A stretch of 64,000 nt of DNA from Solirubrobacteraceae bacterium. GTDB taxonomy: Bacteria; Actinomycetota; Thermoleophilia; Solirubrobacterales; Solirubrobacteraceae. How positions within the stretch are numbered: position 1 is the stretch's first letter; every line of letters starts with the position of its first letter. Positions 34,027-42,912 of the stretch are shown here, one piece after another. A program made the translations under genes and the position numbers. The DNA is taken from contig DASZMP010000088.1 in the NCBI GenBank assembly GCA_035551795.1, positions 350-64,349 of the forward strand, read 5' to 3'. A model generated the notes under the pieces. That model had not been told where the DNA came from and ran no database searches. It saw only the letters and a list, made by a program, of their open reading frames with translations.

Positions 34027-35663
34027 GCCGCCACCTCCATCCCGAGGCTGACATCGCTGATCATCAGCCGTCCCACCTGCTCGGCCGCGCCAGGTCCGTT
34101 CTCGACGGTTCCCACGATCCGTCCCCGGGACAGAACGGCAATCCGGTCGGCCACCTCCAGCAGCTCATCCAGGTCCGTGGAGATCAGGAGCGCCGCGCGT
34201 CCGTCGCGCAGGTCGCCGATCATCCGCCGCACGGTTCGCGTCGTCTTCAGATCGAGCCCGTAGGTCGGCTTGTGGAACACCACCACCTTGGCGTCGGACG
34301 ACAGCTCACGCGCCAGGAGGAGCTTCTGGATGTTCCCGCCCGACAGCGTTCCCGCGCGCTGGTGGATGCTCGGCGTTCGGATGTCGAATTGGCTGACCAG
34401 CTGCTCGGCGTCTCTCTCAATCGCCTCGCGCCGGATCCGTCCGCGCCGCCAGTAGGGCGCCTGTCCGATCCGTTTCAGCACCAGGTTGACCGATACCGGC
34501 AGCCCACCCACGATCCCCTCGCCCAACCGGTCGTCGGTCACGTAGCGGAGCCCCAGCCGCTCTCGCTGAGCCACGCCCATCGACGCGATCGGGGCACCCA
34601 GGAAATGGAGCTCTCCACGCTTGAGCCGGCGCTGGCCGCTGATCACCTCCGCCAGAGCCCGCTGGCCGTTTCCATCCACCCCGGCGATCCCCAGCACCTC
34701 GCCCAGATGCACCGTCAGGGAGATGTCCTCGATGCCGGGCTGCGACCCGTCGCCCGGAGCGCTCGCGTTCTGGAGCTCCAGCGCGGCTTCCCCGCCCCTG
34801 CCGGACTGGGCCTCGCCCTCGCTGGCCTCGGCGGCCTCGACACTCACCTTCAGCTCGCTGGCCTCACCTGCGGCGTCGGAGTCCCCGAACATCAGCCTGA
34901 CGATCTCCTTCTCCAGCTCGGAGGGCGTGATGGACTGGAGGCGAACCGGGTCGAGCGTCCCGGTGACGCGGCCCTCGCGCAGCACCGAGATGCGGTCGGC
35001 CAGGGCCACCGCCTCGTGGAGCTTGTGGGTGATGAACACGATGGCCAGGCCGGTCTCCTTGAGGCGCTCCAGCACCTTCTGCAGCTCGTCCACGGCCTGC
35101 GGAGTGAGCATCGATGTCGGTTCGTCCAGAACCAGAACTCTGGAGCCGCGCCACAGCGCCTTGATGATCTCCACCTGTTGCTGGCGGCCCAGGGCGAGCT
35201 CGTCGGCCCGGGCCTCGGCATCGATCTCCACGCCCAGCATCTCGGCAAACTCCTGGAGGCGGCGCCGGGCACCCGCGACGTTCAGCCGGATCGCCCGGCT
35301 GTCGCCCAGAAGGAGGTTCTCGACGACCGTCAGCGGTCCGACCAGGGTCGAGTGCTGGTAGACCGTCCCGATCCCGTGGTCCAGCGCCGCCCGGGGTGAT
35401 CCGATCGCGGTCTCCCGGCCATCCACTCGGATGTGACCTTCGTCCGGCTGCTGCATGCCGGCCAGGATCGCCATCAGGGTCGACTTTCCCGCCCCGTTCT
35501 CACCCAGCAGGCAGTGCACCTCACCGCGGCGCAGGGCCAGCGACACCTCGTCGTTGGCGACCACTCCGGGGAAGGTCTTGGTGATGCCGAGCAGCTCCAC
35601 CGCCGGCGTCGTCGGTGACGCTGGCGGTGGAGCCTGACCGGACGATGGCGTGCGGGAAGGCAC
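34023..35663 (-). CDS. ABC transporter ATP-binding protein (tandem NBD, CUT2)
   Basis: GENGAGKST, LVLDEPT, LSGGNIQK. Confidence 0.92.
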   Translation of the reverse strand: MPSRTPSSGQAPPPASPTTPAVELLGITKTFPGVVANDEVSLALRRGEVHCLLGENGAGKSTLMAILAGMQQPDEGHIRVDGRETAIGSPRAALDHGIGTVYQHSTLVGPLTVVENLLLGDSRAIRLNVAGARRRLQEFAEMLGVEIDAEARADELALGRQQQVEIIKALWRGSRVLVLDEPTSMLTPQAVDELQKVLERLKETGLAIVFITHKLHEAVALADRISVLREGRVTGTLDPVRLQSITPSELEKEIVRLMFGDSDAAGEASELKVSVEAAEASEGEAQSGRGGEAALELQNASAPGDGSQPGIEDISLTVHLGEVLGIAGVDGNGQRALAEVISGQRRLKRGELHFLGAPIASMGVAQRERLGLRYVTDDRLGEGIVGGLPVSVNLVLKRIGQAPYWRRGRIRREAIERDAEQLVSQFDIRTPSIHQRAGTLSGGNIQKLLLARELSSDAKVVVFHKPTYGLDLKTTRTVRRMIGDLRDGRAALLISTDLDELLEVADRIAVLSRGRIVGTVENGPGAAEQVGRLMISDVSLGMEVAA

Positions 35664-35690
35664 CGAGCTCGGTTCCGCGACCCTGCTGCC

Positions 35691-36773
35691 TCAGCCCTGC
35701 AGAACCTGCTTGGCCTTGCCGGCAGTCGTCGTGTCCGGCACCTTGATCGAGCCACTGATGATGCCCTGCTGGGCCGCCTCGATCTTCGTCCAGACGCTGG
35801 CCGGAATGTACTTCGACTTCAGCAGCGAGATACCACCGTTGGCCAGTGTCAGGTTGTAGCCGTGGGTACCGAACGTGTGGTTCTTGATGTCGGCCAGTGC
35901 CTGCTTGTAGGCCCCGGCGAAATTCCACAGCACCGAGGACAGCAGGACGTGATTGGTGTCAATCGGCGTCATGTCGCCGATGTCCCCGATGTACCAGACC
36001 TTGTGGCCCGGCTTGGCGTTTCCGATGGCGTCCAGATAGCCGAACGAGGCGTCGTCACCCATGGCGAAGATCACGTCGGCACCCGAGGCGATAACGCTGT
36101 TGGCGACACGCTTGCCACCGGCGGCGTCGTCATAGGAGGCCGAGCCGATCTGACCGAACACGATCGGCAGGTGAGGCTTGACGCTGTGCGCGCCGGCCGC
36201 GAACCCGCCCGTCATCTCGTACCAGTTGGTGTCGGCAGCGGAGATGATCACGCCGATCTTGTTCGTCTTGGTCATCTTCGCGGCCAGGATCCCGGCCAGG
36301 TAGGCCCCCTGCTGGCTGGAGGTGGTGATGTTCGACAGCGTCCCGGGTGACTTCATCGTCGGGATGTCGTAGGTGATCGTGGGGACCTTGTATTGCTGCG
36401 CGATCCGCTGGGCGTTGGTGTCGTAGCCGCTGGCGTGGGCGATCAGCAGTGTCGGATGCTGCAGCGCGAGCTGGCGCAGGACCGTGTCGGTCTTGTCGTA
36501 GCCGATGTCCTGAACGAGGTCGACCTTCCCCCCAACGGACGAGGCCGCTGTCTTGGCTGCGTCGTAGCCCTGCGCATTCCAGCCGTAGTCGTTGATCTTG
36601 GCCGGCGTCGCGATGGCGACCGTGCCGCCGCTTGAGCTGCCGCTCGAGGTGGTCGACGAACTGCCGCCGCTTGAGCTGCCGGAGCTGTTCTTGCTCGAGC
36701 CGCAGGCCGCCACGACAACGGCGATCACGAGCCCGGTCAGGACCAAGGCCCAGCGCTTGTACTTGTTCTGCAT
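35691..36773 (-). CDS. BMP-family ABC substrate-binding lipoprotein
   Basis: Lipobox VAAC, Ser/Gly linker, DYGWNAQGY, YLAGILAAKMTKTNKIG. Confidence 0.88.
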   Translation of the reverse strand: MQNKYKRWALVLTGLVIAVVVAACGSSKNSSGSSSGGSSSTTSSGSSSGGTVAIATPAKINDYGWNAQGYDAAKTAASSVGGKVDLVQDIGYDKTDTVLRQLALQHPTLLIAHASGYDTNAQRIAQQYKVPTITYDIPTMKSPGTLSNITTSSQQGAYLAGILAAKMTKTNKIGVIISAADTNWYEMTGGFAAGAHSVKPHLPIVFGQIGSASYDDAAGGKRVANSVIASGADVIFAMGDDASFGYLDAIGNAKPGHKVWYIGDIGDMTPIDTNHVLLSSVLWNFAGAYKQALADIKNHTFGTHGYNLTLANGGISLLKSKYIPASVWTKIEAAQQGIISGSIKVPDTTTAGKAKQVLQG

Positions 36774-36837
36774 CTAGTTTCCCCTCCTCGGGTGGTTGAG
36801 TCCCCGCGGTCGCCCCTACGACAGCGTTGGCTGAAGG

Positions 36838-36863
36838 CTGTGAACTGTCAACAATCAGCAGCA
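36838..36863. promoter_or_regulatory. Operator-like repeat, copy 1
   Basis: CTGTGAACTGTCAACAATCAGCAGCA upstream of the BMP gene; 25/26 identical to 41765-41790. Confidence 0.7.
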
Positions 36864-36915
36864 TAACCTCTGCCGCCAGCCGGAGGCAACCTGCTCGAGC
36901 CCGGACGCCGGCTTC

Positions 36916-37674
36916 CTAAGCCTCGCCCAGGAAGATGCCGGCCAGCTCGTCCCAATCATGGAGCTCCTCCGCCGGCCCGGCAGCTCGGATCTCACCACTG
37001 ACCATCACGTGAGCTGTCGTGGAGATTCCGATCGCCTCGACCGCTCGCTGCTCCACAAGCAGGATCGCCACGCCGCTGTCGCGCAGGCGCGGGATCTGCT
37101 CGTCCAGGACCAGGCCGGTCATCTCGGGCGAGAGTCCAGCCGTCGGCTCATCGAGCAGGACCGCCGTCGGTGAGGTCATCAGGGCCCGGGCAATCGCCAG
37201 GAGCTTGCGCTCACCGCCACTCAGACGGCCGGCCACCCGGTCCAGCAGGTTCGCCAGCAGCGGGAACAGCTCCAGCAGCTCGTCCGTCCGGCCAGCTATC
37301 TGCCGGCGCGGAAGCAGGTAGCCGCCGAGCTCGAGGTTCTCCCGCACCGTGAGCGTCGGGAATACATCGTCCACCTGGGGAACCCAGGCCATGCCACGGC
37401 TCACGAGACGGTTGGTCGGAGTGCGCGAGACGTCCTCCCCGCCCAGCCAGACGTGCCCGCCGAGAAATTGCGCGTCGCCGGTGATGGCCTTCAGCAGAGT
37501 GCTCTTGCCGGCGCCGTTGGGGCCGACGATGCAAGCGATCTGCCCCCGATCGACCGCCAGAGAGACACCATGGACGACCTCGTGGCCCCCATATCCTGCC
37601 GATACGCGATCGACGACAAGAGCGCCGGCGGTGTGGTCGAGGACCTCCGGGGGCGGATGTGCGCTAGCCGACAA
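36916..37674 (-). CDS. LivF-like ABC ATP-binding protein
   Basis: GPNGAGKST, LSGGERK, LDEPTAG, LVEQ. Confidence 0.9.
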   Translation of the reverse strand: MSASAHPPPEVLDHTAGALVVDRVSAGYGGHEVVHGVSLAVDRGQIACIVGPNGAGKSTLLKAITGDAQFLGGHVWLGGEDVSRTPTNRLVSRGMAWVPQVDDVFPTLTVRENLELGGYLLPRRQIAGRTDELLELFPLLANLLDRVAGRLSGGERKLLAIARALMTSPTAVLLDEPTAGLSPEMTGLVLDEQIPRLRDSGVAILLVEQRAVEAIGISTTAHVMVSGEIRAAGPAEELHDWDELAGIFLGEA

Positions 37675-38434
37675 GGTAAGCCCTCCTCACCTCTGGATCT
37701 GCTCGCGCCTCATCCATCTCGCCCTGCATGAGCACCCGACCCTGAGCAAGCACGATCACAGGGCTGCACAGGCGCTCGACCAGGCCCAGCTCGTGCTCGA
37801 TCAGCACGACGGTCATGCCCTCCTCACGGAGTTCGGCGATCAGGCCCTCGATCACCGGTGCGAGCGTGCGGCTGACCCCCGCCATGGGCTCGTCCAACAG
37901 CATCAGATGAGGGCGGGACATCATTGCTCGGCCGATCTCCACCAGCCGCTTCTGTCCGCCGCTCAGTTCACCCGCGTAGGTGTCGGCCAGCGCTCTGAGA
38001 CGTAGCCGCTCCAGGAGGCTTTCGGCGTGATCGAGCTGCGCCCGCTCCTGGTTGCGCCAGCGCCGGCGACCGGCCAGTGCCGACGCAATGCTCTCGCCCT
38101 TCCAGGGAGGCACACCCAGCAGCAGGTTCTCCAGGACGGTCATCCGGTTGAACACGCTGGCGGCCTGGAAGGTTCGAGTGACGCCGCTCCGAGCCACGCG
38201 ATGGGCGGGCAGCCCGGCGATGTCCTCGCCGTCCAGCTCGATCGTCCCCCGGTCTGGCCTGATATAGCCGGCGATCATTCCGAGCACGGTTGACTTTCCG
38301 GCCCCGTTCGGTCCGATCAAGCCGGTGAGCGAGCCTCGAGGGATACTCAGCGACACATTCTGCACGGCGTGCACGCCGCCGTAGCTCTTCGCCAGATCCT
38401 CGACAACCAGGAGGGGATCCGGGTGTGAGGTCAC
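37664..38434 (-). CDS. LivG-like ABC ATP-binding protein
   Basis: GPNGAGKST, RTFQ, LSGGQKR, VRRAYL. Confidence 0.9.
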   Translation of the reverse strand: MTSHPDPLLVVEDLAKSYGGVHAVQNVSLSIPRGSLTGLIGPNGAGKSTVLGMIAGYIRPDRGTIELDGEDIAGLPAHRVARSGVTRTFQAASVFNRMTVLENLLLGVPPWKGESIASALAGRRRWRNQERAQLDHAESLLERLRLRALADTYAGELSGGQKRLVEIGRAMMSRPHLMLLDEPMAGVSRTLAPVIEGLIAELREEGMTVVLIEHELGLVERLCSPVIVLAQGRVLMQGEMDEARADPEVRRAYLVG

Positions 38435-39438
38435 GTACCGATCGCCTTCTCAAGCGCCGTGGCGTTCATCTCGGGGCGGGTACGGCGGGACAGCCGGCGG
38501 CGGCGCTCGGGCAGGAGTCCCTGTGGGCGCACCCACAGGAATGCGAGCGTGAGGAGCCCCGTGATGATCCACTCCATCGCCGCCAGCACGGTGGGATCGC
38601 TTCCGATCGGCAGGTACTGGACGGCCTGCTGTACGCCCACGCCGACCAGGGCCGCACCCAGCGCCACTCCGGAAACGGACCCGCGCCCCCCCACGATCAC
38701 CGCGGTGAAAAACACGAACGTCTCGGGATACAGCCATTCGCTGGGAGCCCAGGCGCCGATGAACTCCGCGAGCAGGGCGCCGCTCAGTGCTGCCAGCGCT
38801 CCGCCGATGACGAATACCTGCAGGCGCGCGCGGGTGGCGCTTCGTCCCATCGCCTCGATGCCCGCCTCGTTCTCCCGCACCCCGCGCAGCAGACGGCCAA
38901 AGGGGGAGTACACGAGCGCGTACATGAAGAGCCCGACGACGAGCATGCAGGCGACACAGAACCCCACGAAGAACCAGGTCTGCGTCTGGCGGCTGAAGCT
39001 CCCCCAGGTGAATGCGGGGTTCGGAATGAGCGACAGTCCAGCGGATCCGTTGAAGAGGCCAATCGAGGAGGTGACTACGATCGTCGCGACGACCGAGATC
39101 ACGAGCATGACCATGGCCTGGTAGTCCGAGCGCAACCGTCTCAGCGTGATCAGCCCCACCAGCGCAGCCAGGCCCGCGCCGGCCAACATGGCCCCGAGGA
39201 TTGGAAGCGGGAACGGGAGCGTCAACCCCACGAGGTAATGCTGGAAGCCCCCGTTGGCGCTCGACGAACCGAGGCTCAGCACGGCCGCGACATACGCACC
39301 GAACGCCTGAAAGAGGATGTAGGCGAAGTTCAGGACGCCGGTCACACCGAACTGAATATCGAGCCCCCAGCTGGCGATCACATCCACGCATATGAAGACG
39401 AGGATCGTCGCGATGTAGTACTGCGTGGCCGCACTCAC
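38431..39438 (-). CDS. LivM-like ABC permease
   Basis: LRSDYQAMV, SPFGRLLRGVRENE, VIVGGRGS. Confidence 0.88.
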   Translation of the reverse strand: MSAATQYYIATILVFICVDVIASWGLDIQFGVTGVLNFAYILFQAFGAYVAAVLSLGSSSANGGFQHYLVGLTLPFPLPILGAMLAGAGLAALVGLITLRRLRSDYQAMVMLVISVVATIVVTSSIGLFNGSAGLSLIPNPAFTWGSFSRQTQTWFFVGFCVACMLVVGLFMYALVYSPFGRLLRGVRENEAGIEAMGRSATRARLQVFVIGGALAALSGALLAEFIGAWAPSEWLYPETFVFFTAVIVGGRGSVSGVALGAALVGVGVQQAVQYLPIGSDPTVLAAMEWIITGLLTLAFLWVRPQGLLPERRRRLSRRTRPEMNATALEKAIGT

Positions 39439-40322
39439 CGCGCCAGCGCCCGTTCGGTGGCCAGTTGCGAGAAAAGCCCCTGCGGGCGCACGAGCAGCAC
39501 AACGATAAGAACGCCAAACGCCAGCACGTCCTTGAGCTCCGGATTCCAGTAGGCCGCTCCCACCTCGGTGACGATGCCGACCACCAGGGCGCCCAGGATC
39601 GCTCCACGTGGTGAGCCGACTCCACCCAGGACCGCCGCCGCGATGATGACGATGAGGAACTCCGAGCCGGTCGTCGCCGTGAACGTGCTGATGTCCAGGA
39701 ACAGCGCCACCCCTCCGACCGCGGCGAGTACGCCCGACACAAACCAGGCGATCGCGATTACCCGCCGTACCGGGACACCGCAGCCGCGCGCCAGTGCAGG
39801 GTTGACCGACAGACCACGCATGGCCCGCCCGGTCCGCGTGCGCTGCAGTGCCACCTGGACGAGACCCGTCAACACGATGGCGATTCCGATGATGATCAAT
39901 TCCTGGCGCGTGAGGACGAAACCGGCCAGGTTGACCGCCTTACCTGCCGGCGCGTTGTAGGAGAAGAAGCTCGGCCCCACCACCGCCTGCAGGGAGTGGT
40001 CGGCGATCAGTCCCACCGAGATCGTCACGATCACCATCCCGAAGAGGTTCAGTCCATGGCGAATGAACGGGCCGTAGATCAGCTCGTTTATGGCCAGCGA
40101 CAGGAGTCCGCCACACAGCGCCGCCACGCCCATCGCCAGCCAGATGTCGAGGCCCAGCTGGTTCAGCCAGTAGGCGACGAATCCGGAGATGGTCATGACG
40201 CTCCCGAAGGCCAGGTTGAACACGTTGGTCACGCTGAACTGCAGCGTGAAGCCAACCGCACTGATGGCCAGGATGGCGGCCGTGACGACCCCGAACCCGA
40301 GGGCGGAAACGAACTCAGACAT
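39435..40322 (-). CDS. LivH-like ABC permease
   Basis: FNLAFGS, TRTGRAMR, VLGGVGS, RPQGL. Confidence 0.88.
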   Translation of the reverse strand: MSEFVSALGFGVVTAAILAISAVGFTLQFSVTNVFNLAFGSVMTISGFVAYWLNQLGLDIWLAMGVAALCGGLLSLAINELIYGPFIRHGLNLFGMVIVTISVGLIADHSLQAVVGPSFFSYNAPAGKAVNLAGFVLTRQELIIIGIAIVLTGLVQVALQRTRTGRAMRGLSVNPALARGCGVPVRRVIAIAWFVSGVLAAVGGVALFLDISTFTATTGSEFLIVIIAAAVLGGVGSPRGAILGALVVGIVTEVGAAYWNPELKDVLAFGVLIVVLLVRPQGLFSQLATERALAR

Positions 40323-40361
40323 CGTCTTCGTGGGTAGCGCACCCGCGGAGCACAGCCACCA

Positions 40362-41711
40362 TCACGGCGCTGCGGCGTTGGTCTCGGCCGCGCTCAGCAC
40401 CGATGTCACCTTCCATGTCCCGTTTGCGTAGCGCTCGATGGCGAACTGGTTTCCTGCGTTGTGCCACTGGTTGAAGATCACCGGCCCGGTCGCGCCCACG
40501 TATTGGATGTGCTTACCGGCCGCCAGAGCTGTCTTGCCCTGCGCGTAGGTGTGCACGATGGTTGCGCCCGAGGCGGGCGCCGTCACCTTTGTGATGTAGC
40601 TGTCGTAGACGCTCGGCTTGGTCGAGTGTGCGGCGTCCATCGCCAACGCGGCGAGCACGACCGAGTCGTAATCGGCCACCGAGTACAGGTCCGCGTCCCA
40701 TTGCGCGGGCTGGGGAACCTGTTTGGCCGATGCTTTGAGCGCGGAGCTGTAGACCTGGTAGGCGGGCGCCGTGGGTGGCGAGTACGCGACGACGGCGTGG
40801 TCCTGCTTATTCACCAGGGAGGTGCCGATCGCGCCGCCGACCGCCTTGCGCCAGCTTGGCTCCTGCGAGACGGGATCCGTGATCAGAGCCGGGACCTGCC
40901 CGAGCTGCGATAGCTCGGAGAAGTAGGTGGCACTGGTCTGCGGATCGGCCTCCGAAATGATCGCCTGAGGCTTGGACGTCACCATCGCCTGCGCCTCGGA
41001 GCGGTAGGAGGGCTGCCCCACAGCCAGTGTCTGGTTGGCGCTCAGGCTCAGGCCGAGCTTCTTGACGCCGGAGATGGCCGTCGGCGCCGAGCCCTGAGCC
41101 GCGATGTCATTGCCGAACAGGGTCGCCACGCGGGTGTATCCGAGCTTCTTGGCGGCTGCCGCCATCGCACTGCCCTGGGCGGCGTCAGGCGACAGGATCC
41201 GCCAGAAGTAGGTGTCGGTGGTGTGATCGAACGCGGACTGTCCGGTTGTGGAGAAGATTGGGATCTTCGCCTGCTGGAAGATCGGGACCACGGCGCTGGC
41301 CTCGTCGGAGCCGCCGCCCAGAACCCCCACCAGGTTGCTGGTGGAGGCGATCATCCGGTTGGCCGCAGGAACCGCATCCGCCGGGTCACCCTTGGAGTCG
41401 ACCGGTAGGCAGTGCAGCTGGTGGCCAAGGATTCCGCCCGCGGCGTTGATCTGGCGCTCGGCCGGATAGCAGCCGGCTGCCGCCTCGGGCCCGTAGGCAG
41501 CGTTCGGGCCGGAATAGGAGTGGAAGATGGCGAATGTCAGGACACCGTTGCTGGACGAGCCACCGCTGGACGAGCCGCCACCGGCGGAGCCACCACCGCC
41601 GGACGAGCCGGGGGGGCCGCCTGGGCCAGAATTCCCGCACGCGGCGATCACAATTGCGCTCGCGGCGGCAAGCGCGAGCCGCGATAAAGCCCATCTAACG
41701 CTCTGGTGCAT
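40362..41711 (-). CDS. LivJ/K-like ABC substrate-binding lipoprotein
   Basis: Lipobox IAAC, G/S linker, INAAGGILG, YFWRI. Purine-rich RBS before ATG 41711. Confidence 0.85.
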   Translation of the reverse strand: MHQSVRWALSRLALAAASAIVIAACGNSGPGGPPGSSGGGGSAGGGSSSGGSSSNGVLTFAIFHSYSGPNAAYGPEAAAGCYPAERQINAAGGILGHQLHCLPVDSKGDPADAVPAANRMIASTSNLVGVLGGGSDEASAVVPIFQQAKIPIFSTTGQSAFDHTTDTYFWRILSPDAAQGSAMAAAAKKLGYTRVATLFGNDIAAQGSAPTAISGVKKLGLSLSANQTLAVGQPSYRSEAQAMVTSKPQAIISEADPQTSATYFSELSQLGQVPALITDPVSQEPSWRKAVGGAIGTSLVNKQDHAVVAYSPPTAPAYQVYSSALKASAKQVPQPAQWDADLYSVADYDSVVLAALAMDAAHSTKPSVYDSYITKVTAPASGATIVHTYAQGKTALAAGKHIQYVGATGPVIFNQWHNAGNQFAIERYANGTWKVTSVLSAAETNAAAP

Positions 41712-41764
41712 CTCTTTCTCCCTCTCCTCGACCTCGTCGCGATTCGGCCACACGCTGGCACCGA

Positions 41765-41790
41765 CTGTGAACTGTCAACAATCGGCAGCA
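41765..41790. promoter_or_regulatory. Operator-like repeat, copy 2
   Basis: CTGTGAACTGTCAACAATCGGCAGCA between the divergent SBP gene and the 41811 operon. Confidence 0.7.
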
Positions 41791-41810
41791 GACGGTAGTA
41801 TCACACTCTG

Positions 41811-42215
41811 ATGGCTTTCCGTCACCTAAAGATGGCCGCCTCGCGGTACCGTCTGGGCGTTGCCGCGGCGGCCCTCGTGGTGGCTGTTGCCGCGGTCGTC
41901 TCCCTGACCATCGACGCAAGCGGTGCCTCCGGTCCCCGCCTCAGCACGGGGACCCCCGCCCGGTTCCAGACGATGCTGCGCGCCCGCCTGACCCGCCTCG
42001 GGCTCAACTACCGCTGGGTGGCCTGCGTTCCGAGCGGTCGCGCCTTCGGAGGGGTCCGCGTGGTCCGCTGCAACGTGGACTTCGGGGAGCCGCACATCGA
42101 GGCCTACTGCTCGGTGCTCCGCAACGGACAGCTGCTCACCAGCCAGGAGGACCGGGCGATCCCGTGCGCACACGACAACTCCGGGATGTACACGCCGGTC
42201 GTCACCTACAACTGA
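41811..42215 (+). CDS. Small secreted/membrane-anchored protein with four Cys
   Basis: Hydrophobic N-terminal segment; VACV, RCNVDFGEPHIEAYCS, IPCAH. First gene of the PPAT operon. Confidence 0.65.
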   Translation: MAFRHLKMAASRYRLGVAAAALVVAVAAVVSLTIDASGASGPRLSTGTPARFQTMLRARLTRLGLNYRWVACVPSGRAFGGVRVVRCNVDFGEPHIEAYCSVLRNGQLLTSQEDRAIPCAHDNSGMYTPVVTYN

Positions 42216-42219
42216 GCTG

Positions 42220-42912
42220 ATGGAGATCGTCAACGAATTCACGGTCGGGGCCGAGCCGGACACGGTGTTTCGCACCCTGCTCGATTTCGAGCGGGTCGGT
42301 CGGTGCGTGCCCGGGGCCAGCGTCGGCCCGCCGTCCGAGGACGGTTCCTACCCGGCCCAGATCGCCGTCCGGCTCGGCCCGATGCGGCTGAACTACCGCG
42401 GCACGGTGCGCCTCAGCGAGTCAGACGCCGCGGCCCGGCACGCGATCATGACCGCAGACGTTCGCGAGGTGCGCGGGCAGGGGAGCGCCCGCGCCCAGAT
42501 GGAGATGGACGTGTCGGGCGCGGACGGCGGCTCGCAGGTGGTGGCCAAGACCAACGTCGTGCTGAGCGGCCGAGCCGCCCAGATGGGGGCGGGGATCGTC
42601 GAGGACGTGGCCGCTCGGCTGGTCGCCGACATGACCGGCAACCTGGAGCGGCTGTTGCAGAGCGACGTGGACGGCGGCGCGGACGGCCCGCCCCCGGCGT
42701 CCGGCGGCTCCGCCGGCCGGGATCAGGGCGGCCGATTGACAACTGAGGCCCCCGCGGGCAGCCGATCGACAACCGGGGGCCCCGCCACCCGAGCGCCCGC
42801 CCCCGCCGCCAAGCCGATCGGCGGCCTTCGCCTGCTGATCCGGGCGCTCTGGCATCGCCTGCGCCACGGGCGCGGACGCCCGCCGATCTCCAAAGCGGTC
42901 CCCGAGGACTAG
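42220..42912 (+). CDS. CoxG/SRPBCC family protein
   Basis: RVGRCVPGA, RLGPMRLNYRG, LSGRAAQMG, low-complexity linker and C-terminal amphipathic tail. Confidence 0.85.
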   Translation: MEIVNEFTVGAEPDTVFRTLLDFERVGRCVPGASVGPPSEDGSYPAQIAVRLGPMRLNYRGTVRLSESDAAARHAIMTADVREVRGQGSARAQMEMDVSGADGGSQVVAKTNVVLSGRAAQMGAGIVEDVAARLVADMTGNLERLLQSDVDGGADGPPPASGGSAGRDQGGRLTTEAPAGSRSTTGGPATRAPAPAAKPIGGLRLLIRALWHRLRHGRGRPPISKAVPED

